NCBI GenBank assembly: GCA_029717555.1
Contig: JAMDHS010000079.1
Location: forward strand, 62,001-91,846
Origin: Peribolospora baueri
Lineage: Eukaryota
Direction of reading: 5' to 3'
DNA length: 29,846 nt
In this document: one piece after another, positions 11,521-19,857 of the stretch
Layout: each line of letters starts with the position of its first letter
Position numbering within the stretch: the first letter of the stretch is position 1
Made by a program: the position numbers and the translations under genes
The notes under the pieces: generated by a model
The model's database searches: none
Told to the model about the DNA's origin: nothing
What the model saw: the letters and a program-made list of their open reading frames with translations, nothing else

Positions 11521-14202
11521 TCATCCTGCCCCCGTCGTCGACGCCGGCTCGCCCCCATCGCTCTCCTCCGCAAACGCTCGAGCAGTCGCTTTGGTAGACC
11601 AGTACGCCCGCTTCTCCTCCGCAGAGATCTTCCTCACGCCGACAGCGGGCGGCCCGCCAGCACGGCCAGAAGCACCACCACCCCCGCTGGCGCGCGCACG
11701 ACGAGCAGCGCCGGCCACGCTCGTTTTCTCGTCGTCCAACTCATCCTCATCCTCCGAAGACGAAGACGCCGCCGGCACAAAGTCTTCTGCCACCCTCCTC
11801 CGTTTGGCCGCTTGCGCGCCCGCGCCCCGACCCGCCGCCGCATAGCGCGAATCGCTCTCCTCGTCCAGCTCGTACACCTCCTCGTCGCTCGCCTTCAGCT
11901 CGGCGGCGGCGGCTCGGAAGGTCTCGATGAACCGCCATTCGGCGCGGTCGTCTTCGTCCGAGTCCACGCCGTTGACCCTCAAAGCGGACAGATCGCTCCG
12001 CACGCCATCCGCTCGGCGATTCGAAGGCGCCGAGGAAGAAACGTCCTGGTCGTTCTCGGCGGCGAGCGCTTGGTATCGATTGCGAGAAGACTCTTTGTGG
12101 ATACCCAGCTTGTCTGTGATGGGCAGCAAAACAAGTCTCCACTCTACGTCAGAGCAGCCCACGGCCACCTGAAGCACGCCCGGAATCCGGCCTAGGCTCG
12201 AGACGAGGACAACGCAAGGACTCACTGTGCAAGGTGCCACTCTCCCACAATTTACCTATGTCTCTCCGGAACTTGATCACGTCGTTGCTCACGCCCAAGA
12301 TGCTGCTCAGCAGGCTCTCCCCGTCCGCCTCGTCCTTCCCTTGCGCCTCCGCCTCCGCCTCCAGCGCCCTCCTTGCCTCTTCGTCTTCGTCGCGAAAGTG
12401 AGTGTGATACCCCGTCCCGCGACGCCGTCGGGCAGCCATCTCCGTCGCGCGCACGCACAGCGCAGAGGTGAGCATGTCGTACGCCCCTTCGAAAGTGGCC
12501 CGCACGCTCAATATGCCGTAGGAACCTTTTGAGATGTCGTTCGCTGACGCATCCGATGGGTGGGCGGGTGACGAAAGCGGTGAGCGCGTGCACGCGCGGA
12601 CGGCGGCGCCCGAAACAGAAGCGACTCACTTGGATCCTGTGGGTCTTCGATACTCAGAAGGAATGGCCTGTTCGGCTCGCTCCAGCCTCGACGGACTTTG
12701 CTAAAATAACCTCCATTGCCGGTGACCCTGATGCCCGTCGCGTCATAGGAGAAGTTTTTTCCGTAAAGCTCTAGGAATTCGATGAGGAGCACGCCCAGGT
12801 TGCGCGTCGCCTCCAGCTCCCGACGCTGCAACTTGGGATGGAGCTGCGAGTGGCAAGGCGCGAGCGAGGGAACGCCGGAGAAAAGTCAGAGCACAAAACG
12901 GCGATTGCGCTCGCTCGTTTCGAGACGAAAAAGGTCTCACCTGTAAAAAGCTTAGGACCAGACAGGTAACCGTGTAGCTTCCCACTCCGCCCATGTACAC
13001 CTCGTTCATGCCTCTTTGGTTGAGGAAGAATTTGATCGCCACGCAAAGCGGTCTCAGAGCGGGATACTCCTTCAAATACCGATTGACGATGGTGGCAGCC
13101 TTGATCCCGTTGGACTGGTTTAGGCTGATGTCGACGTTGTACCGCCCGTACAAGCAGACGAACTTGACGATCGGCACTTTGGCCTTGGCGATCACTTGGA
13201 CGTTGTGGGCCAGGTTGGCAGCTCGGAGGACGTAGGCGAGTCTGGGAAGGATTCGCTGCCGTGCCTGTGTCGCCATCACTTCAGACATTACGACCAAGTC
13301 GATGTCACTGGACAGGAGAAAATGCGAGACGAAGGAGGGGTGCACAACAAGGACGCGCCCCGCCCGTGAGCTCTCTTTCCTGCTCTCAAAGAACGACGAG
13401 GTCTATGACAAAAAAAGAGATAACGTAGCAAACCCATCTCCCTGTCGTGGCAACTCACCCTTGTGGCAAATACAGCTCCGTGTTTTGACTTCCAAAGCTC
13501 CTCACATCTGCATCGGGCCAGTGTGCGACGATGGCCCTTCGGATGAGCTCGATGACCAATATCCGCGTCTCGCTTTCGGCCGGCGTCGGGGACAGCCAGT
13601 CTGTGAACGCGACCATCTCACGATGCAGCCTTCGAGTCGAGGGAAGGAGGGAACGGCGGAGAACAAAAAAAGTCCGCACGACGCGGACGGGAGGTCGATC
13701 AGCTCGGAGCGCTTCCATTTGGACACTACACGGCTCGAAAGGTTGAGAACAGCGCTACGTACATTTCAGCCGGGTTTTTGCACCGGCCCCAGTCCACGTC
13801 AGCCGCCCAAGGCGTCTTCCGAGCTGCCGCCTTCTTCCTCCGCTTCTTGCCATGCGAATCATCGTCCACCTGGTCGAACCCTCTCTTCGTCCCTCGCTTG
13901 CCATTCTGGCCCCCGCTCGGCAAGACCGGACCAGAGGCTTGACCCTTTCCCTTGGAACTCTGCTGGACACTCGATCCCCGCGTGGACGGACTGGCTGAGT
14001 TGGAGAGATGGTCCTCGTCCTCATCGTCGTCGCCGAAATCGAAGGAGATAAAATCCGCACCCAACTCGCTCGTCCGTGGCGTAGCGGGCCTACGCTCCTG
14101 AGACGAAAGTGGAAACAGTGGGCCCCGGCTCGGTCCTGGCGTTGCGTCTGCCATCTCTCGGGTCCCTTCCACGATCGAGAACGCAGTCGACGCTGACGAC
14201 AT
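11521..14202 (-). CDS. PAP2: Non-canonical poly(A) polymerase of the Trf4/Pap2/Cid14 (TRAMP) family. Exons 14202 (alternative ATG 14154)-13763, 13629-13459, 13307-12941, 12843-12630, 12543-12226, 12113-11521
   Basis: 'LHREMVAFTDWLSP', nucleotidyltransferase 'SFGSQNTELYLPQG|DIDLVV', 'KAKVPIVKF..VDISLN', 'RGMNEVYMGGVGSY', PAP-associated 'LLIEFLELYGKNF..LSIEDPQDP|TNDISKGSY'. Acidic tail ending 'KRAYWSTKA...'. Confidence 0.92.
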
Positions 14203-14388
14203 CGAAGATAAGAGCACCTCGCCAACGTGAGCAGCAACAAACGGTAGCCCCAACGTCCGTCCGCTCGGCCAGAAGAAGTGCTGCGGTAGACCGTCTAAAG
14301 CCGCCAGCGAGCCGTCTACCTGTGCGACGACCACCATCTGCTCCTTTTTATTTTTTTTTTATTTTTTTCTACCTCATACTCGACGTAC

Positions 14389-15127
14389 CCAATGTAATCG
14401 ACCCGATCCCGACACTGCACGAAGGAAAATGGACTCACGCAGAAGTTGCTTGTACACGCAAGGTGGGGTGCCGAGTTTTTCGTCGCAGGTCGTGAACGGC
14501 CGCTCATTCTGTGGCGTTGCACGGCACAGAAAATGAAAGGCTGATCTGATCAGCGACGTCGGGTAGGTAGGCGATGAGACGAGGATGGGATTAGGCAGGC
14601 GAGATCAGCGTACTCACGCCCCACCAGCTGAGAAGAAGTGAAGGCACAGTGAGTAAATCCCACGTCCAAATGAATCGACGCTAGTGAGACTGCGGCTCTT
14701 TCCTTCAAGCGAACTACGTCAGGCGCTTTCAAAGCTAACGCTTGTACTTACCTCGGAGCAACGTCTGGTGACAAAGGATGACAGGAAGCGCACAGGTGAG
14801 TGACGTCGTCACGCTGATCGCACGTCGTCCGAAACCCCAGCAAACACCATGCTCACTGTTGTATTGAAGCGCGAAGAACCAAATTATTGATAAGATGGCG
14901 ATTCCGGCACCAAGGGCTTGCGAAAGAAGATAGCTGTACTGAAGAGAGAAGGCGACCGCGCCAAGGCGCAGCTGGAGTCAACATCCGCTGTAAGAGATTC
15001 GGGAAGAAAGAACATAGTATCACCTTGGCCCACCATCCGGTGTACCTAAACATTATGAATGTCATGAAGAACCAAACCCAAGGCAACGCGGGGAGGAAGT
15101 AGTACAGATTGAGGGGAGCAAAGTTGA
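14389..15127 (-). pseudogene. Orphan 3' end of an OPT-family oligopeptide transporter gene. Exons 15127-15024, 14938-14857, 14764-14752, 14627-14618, 14508-14439, with a damaged 3' remnant to ~14389
   Basis: Splicing at GT-AG sites gives 'NFAPLNLYYFLPALPWVWFFMTFIMFRYTGWWAK|YSYLLSQALGAGIAILSIIWFFALQYN|NVAP|SWWG|NERPFTTCDEKLGTPPCVYKQLL'. This matches the OPT C-terminal 'WWxKYNYxLSxAL..G......IFFAL...WWGN' pattern. No upstream OPT exons are visible. The next intron (donor 14438) is only 24 nt to the nearest CAG and is out of frame with the downstream 'VDYIG' remnant. Confidence 0.82.
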
Positions 15128-15859
15128 CTGTGACCGGCAAGGGGCAAGAGTGAATACGCGCACGTAAATATACCTGTCTGTGTAGTTACGCCCTCTCCAC
15201 TTTCCACGCCTGCTTCAGTTTCCCCAGACACGTCGCCTTGACTTACTTTTGCCGCCCTCTCGCGCGTTCGTTGGGGCGCCGCTTCCCTAATCGGCCAGCT
15301 CTGGTTCGATTCACTGCTCATTCTGCAACCATCTGCACAGAACTCACGCCACGGTCGGCAAACGTCCAGCCGGCCAGTGCGCCGGAACCGTCGCTCACTT
15401 CTCCCTGTTCTGCCCACGCTGGCGTGAACACCGTCGACGCCTATTCCGGTGCCCTTGATCGTCATCAGGGCTTCCGGACCTTGCTAGGTTTCCTCGATCG
15501 TTACCACATCCCCCCTTCCGGAGTCCTTATTATTATAAATGCAACACCTAGCTGATTTTTAATAAAATAACAAGGAGAAATTTCATTTATAGTTCAGGAA
15601 AAGTCCATTCTGTAATGAAAATTATAGTGAATTTTAATAGACTTTGTAGATGAATTTTATTATCGCCATATTTTTCTTTATAATTGAATAAAGTCGTTCA
15701 AAGTTTGAACACTATACAATATTCAAAATACCTAGTTAACTTCACTAAACTATTTTCCTATCTTATTTGTTTTTTGTTCCAGAAGGTAAGGCATTGAATT
15801 AAAATAGGTAAGCAAGCTTTCTATGCAATTCACCCAATTTGGGGACTAAATTTATTTTA

Positions 15860-15991
15860 TAATCCTGTTGCTTCAGATAGAGCGAAACCTAAAATAGCAA
15901 ATGTGAATAATTGTGGCCGTAAACTAGGGTTTCGTGAAACTCCTCCGATTAAAGCAGCGAAAACTAATCCAATTCCAACTCTTGCTCCAGC
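15860..15991 (-). pseudogene. atp9: Fragment (44 codons) of mitochondrial ATP synthase subunit 9/c inside the NUMT
   Basis: The minus strand translates to [44 protein letters not shown]. It has the glycine-zipper region, the RNP loop and the proton-binding Glu (LSEATG). Codons end in A/T. There is no start codon, no targeting peptide and no C-terminus, and one Gly appears changed to Arg (AGA). Confidence 0.95.
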
Positions 15992-16019
15992 TACTAAAAA
16001 CAAGATTATTTATTAAAAT

Positions 16020-16144
16020 ACTTTGGAGAAAGAGAAAAAAAAGAAATAGTGATAATTTAGAAGATTGGAAAATCAGCAGGAGAGTTCTTATTCTTAGGTA
16101 ATAGTTTACCAATAATAGAAAAGACCCCTCAACGATAATACGCC
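16020..16144 (+). other. Group I intron core fragment (Q- and R-like elements enclosing a P6-like hairpin) inside the NUMT
   Basis: AATCAGCAGG at 16071-16080 is Q-like and CCTCAACGATAATACGCC at 16127-16144 is R/P3'-like. Between them are a perfect GGTAA-tagt-TTACC hairpin and pairing TCTTATTCT/AGAAAAGA arms. No clear S element was found. Confidence 0.55.
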
Positions 16145-16581
16145 AACATCCAGAACTATATCAATGAAGGCAAAATATTATTTATAATACTTATGCGCTG
16201 CGCGCCGAAAAAGAAGAGTGTATAAAAAGCGAAAATATTATAATCATATATATTAAGCAATAATAGTTTAGAGGTCCCCCGCAGCCTAGCAGTCCCGCAG
16301 TCTCCTCTTTCCCACGGTGTACGTCCAATTACAGTCCTTTTAGGCCGTTACCAACCAGTGACATGGAGTACAGACAGAATCAATCCATCATTATCGGTCA
16401 ATTGTCTATTGCCGCCGATCACTCGCGACATCCCCACGTGAAATCATAGTTAGGTCCGGAGAGGGAGCAGCCGGACTTGCTCCAGAGCTGTAGCATAGCC
16501 AGCCCCTTCGTCTAGAGCCGTCTCACTTTTCTAGTCTTGCGCTCCTCCATCTCCATCCCAGGAAAGAAGGGACGATTCATC

Positions 16582-17825
16582 ATGCTGTCCAGTGCTCGCG
16601 TCTCTCTCGCCAGGGCTCTCTACGCCCGCGCTCCACTCTCCCATGTGCGCGCCTTGTCCACGACGCTCCCCCGATTCCAGGCTGCGGAGTACAAGAACAT
16701 CCTTGTCTCCAACCCCAAGCCAGGCGTCGCCCTCGTTACCCTCAACAGGACCAAGGCGCTCAACGCACTCAACTCGGAGCTCATTTCCGAGATCAATGAC
16801 GCGTTGGTAAAGTCCGACGGGGACGACAGCATACGGGCCATCGTTTTGACGGGCGGCGAAAAAGCTTTCGCAGGTACGCTGTCCTTCCTCGACTTTCTGT
16901 ATGGCGGCGGGGCGACTTGAGCTCCCTCGCTGAGGAATATCCGTCTTCTTTTCTAATTTGCTTCAGCTGGAGCTGACATCAAGGAGATGAGGGACCTAAA
17001 CTTCTCCGGAGCCTACAAGCGGGACTTCCTCGGAAACTGGACGGACATCTCCGCTATTCGCAAGCCAATCATCGCCGCCGTGAGCGGATACGCGGTGAGC
17101 GCTTTTGAGGTTTCTGTTGCTTCTCGGTCGCCTCTGAGGGCGAACGCGCGTGCAGACGCTGATCAGTCCAGCTCCTTCATTACCATGTTCGTCGTCGTCA
17201 GCTCGGCGGAGGTTGTGAATTGGCGATGATGTACGTCTCTCGTTTGCGTCTCGCCGGCGGGTTGAATGAGCGTACTGATGTTTTCTTTTCCCTCAAATTG
17301 CAGGTGCGACATCATTTATGCGTCTCCCACCGCCACCTTTGGCCAGCCAGAGATCAACCTCGGCGTGATCCCCGGCGCGGGAGGCACGCAGCGTCTGACG
17401 AAAGCGATTGGCAAGTCCAGAGCGATGGAGATCGTCTTGACGGGCCGTAACTTTGGCGCGAAGGAAGCGGAAGCATGGGGGTTGGTGAGCAAAGTCGTTG
17501 AGGAAGGGGAAGGAAAGGTCGTGGAAGAGGCGATCAAGACGGCCGAGACGATCGCCAAGAAGGGCCAGGTCGCTATCCAGGCGGCCAAAGAGGCCGTGAA
17601 TGCTTGTGAGTCGTCGCGTCGTACCCTAGCATTCGCTTGCGATCGCGAGAAAACGAGTGTGATTCAGTGCTGTTCCTTAAACCTTCCTCAGCTTATGACC
17701 TGTCCCTGCACGAGGGTCTTCGCCTCGAGCGCCGCCTCTTCCTTTCGCTCTTCTCGACCAAAGACCAGAAGGAGGGCATGGGCGCTTTCGCCGAGAAGAG
17801 AAAGGCCAGCTTCACCCACGAGTGA
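16582..17825 (+). CDS. Mitochondrial short-chain enoyl-CoA hydratase (crotonase family, ECHS1-like). Exons 16582-16873, 16967-17094, 17202-17230, 17304-17605, 17692-17825
   Basis: Arg/Ser-rich presequence; '[11 protein letters not shown]', '[12 protein letters not shown]', '[25 protein letters not shown]', '[20 protein letters not shown]', '[17 protein letters not shown]'. Both catalytic Glu residues are present. Confidence 0.95.
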
Positions 17826-17962
17826 TCGGTTGACGGCGGTTGGCGCTTCGACATCTCTGCGAGCGGACGAGAGCGGTCGCTTAAATAGTCGCGAATGAAA
17901 TGCAACGATACGAAAAGAGGGGGTTTGATTCCAGATAGGAATGAGAGACAAAGGAATAGGCT

Positions 17963-19116
17963 CTACACAGAGAAGTGCTTTTCCATTCCCCCCTTTGACT
18001 TGTCGCGGTTTTCCTCGAGTCGCTTCTCAAGCTTGGAGAATTCGTCGAGAGCTACCAACTCCTCCTGATCCAGGACCTGCTCCACGCCCTTCACTTCAGG
18101 AATGTAGTGCGTGAGCATCCTCTCGATGCCCGTCTTGAGCGTCACCACCGAGCTATCGCACCCGCGGCAACTGCCCTTGAGCATGAGGCGTACGATTCCA
18201 TCGCCGTGCTCCTCGAAGCCCCTGTACTCGATATCCCCGCCGTCCTCCTGGATGGCTGGCCGCACTCGCGTGTCAAGGAGCTCCTTGATCATAGCCACCA
18301 CCTCCGAGTCGGTGTCGAGGATCTGGGTGTCTGTCGCAGCCTGTGCATGCGACGGGTCGGCAAACAACGGTGTTCCGGCCGTGAAAAACTCCATGAGGGT
18401 GCTGTAGATCTCTGGTTTGATCGATGGCCAGGGCACCTCCGTGTCTTTGGAGACCGTCACAAAGTCAGGACCGTAGAAGACACCACGGACACCTTGGATA
18501 CCGAACAACCGCTTTGCCAGCGGTGACGACCTGATCATTTGTTAATCAAGAGAAGCCCGGAATGGGTCATCGGCTTCTATTAGCTTGCTAGGAAAAACAT
18601 GAAGAAGGCTGGGAGGGAAATGTAACAACTCACATTGACGATCGGTTGTCCAGAAACTCGGCCGTGCCGCTCTCCATGACTTGCTGTCCTGGAAGGAACT
18701 TGAGCGAGTCCTCGTTCGGCGTCGTCTCGGTTTGTATGAACATGGTTCGGACTGCAAGATGACGCGAGACGGCAAAAAATGAGGTGGCGAGGTCAGCGCG
18801 CAGACTCCTTTCGTTTCAAGGGCATCACAAGCGATCGGGGATGGATTCAACTGCTGAACGGGCCATAACCCCTTCCTACGGAATACTCACCCTGAGAAGC
18901 GCCTAGCCGTGCTTTTTCAGTCCACCTCAAGCCCATCCTCGCGCTCGAGCCAGCGGACCCGACCCGGAAGGTGGAGGTTGAAGGTGTGGCAAAGGCAAAA
19001 GTGCTAAGTTGCCGTCCGCAACCGGCCACTCTCGTGGCGGCGGCAAAGGCAGTGGCGCGTGAAGCGCCGATGCGAGAGATGTTCCCTAGGAGACAGGCTG
19101 CCCTTGTGGTCGCCAT
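17963..19116 (-). CDS. NFU1: Mitochondrial Fe-S cluster carrier Nfu1. Exons 19116-18891, 18751-18634, 18530-17963
   Basis: Presequence; '[19 protein letters not shown]', '[27 protein letters not shown]'; NifU-C domain '[39 protein letters not shown]' with CxxC. Confidence 0.96.
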
Positions 19117-19857
19117 TGGTGATTCAAGAACTGATGGGAGAGAATGACGGTGATGATCGGATCGCTCGAGCTCGACGCCGCATGGCAGGGTCAAGATTGC
19201 GACTGCGGCGAGTGATCAGTCGCCCCGTGACAAAGTGGAAATGCAGACTCTCTCTTGGTCGTCACCCCCATCACAGACTATGCGGTGCTGCGATGGTTAC
19301 CCGATATTCGCTCCAAATTTCCGGGCCCCCGCCGACGCCTGCTCCAAGGAAGCGATGCGATCTCCTTCGTGACGCAGGGCGCTTCCCCCTTTCCTTCGGG
19401 ACCTCGATCTCGTCTACCCGACCTAAACCTACTCCGCCTCCGCAGATGTCGTCGCCTCCGATCGCCCTCTCCCATCCCTCCCCCATCCAGCCCAACATGC
19501 AGGACGCACCTATGCTAAACCGATTCACGGACTGATTGCCGAATCCAACGCCACCTAGCGGACCTTCCTGTAACGTTATCACGGCGTTCTTGCACAGTCA
19601 CGTTAGTCCTGTTTTGCTTCTTTTCCCCTAGTTGACCGGAACATGGGAAGTCGCCATCGGTGCCGCATCCTATCTCATTCCGTTCTCCGACAGTCCTATG
19701 CCCCACGCTCCGCAGCCCCCATCTTCCCACGGTACATATTCTTTAGTCCCCTAAAGGCCTGGCGTATAGACTCTAAACAGAATAAATGAATGAATGAATA
19801 AAGGCAGATTGTACGTCAGAACCAACGCCCGCACGAAATAACAGTAACACCACAACC

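Larger units (their letters stand above)
15530..16272. other. NUMT: AT-rich island of mitochondrial origin, probably a mosaic of mtDNA fragments
   Basis: Hand count gives 215 G+C in 720 nt (15541-16260, ~30%) against much higher GC in the flanks, with abrupt edges. It contains an atp9 fragment and group I intron core-like motifs. Confidence 0.88.

Noticed and set aside
14745..14753. TACTTACCT resembling the 5' end of U1 snRNA
   Set aside because: It is the reverse complement of the AG|GTAAGTA donor of the OPT remnant, and no U1 structure follows.
15924..16112. 62-aa hydrophobic ORF in the AT island
   Set aside because: It is a by-product of T-rich sequence and overlaps atp9 in a different frame.
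15530..16272. AT island as a RIP-mutated transposon or pseudogene
   Set aside because: The clean atp9 translation and group I motifs explain the composition. No transposase or RT motifs, terminal repeats or target-site duplication were found.
3349..19116. Functional cluster of mitochondrial genes (TIM22, hydratase, NFU1) or a mating-type locus
   Set aside because: The genes serve unrelated pathways and are interspersed with others. No pheromone (CAAX), STE3 or homeodomain genes were seen.
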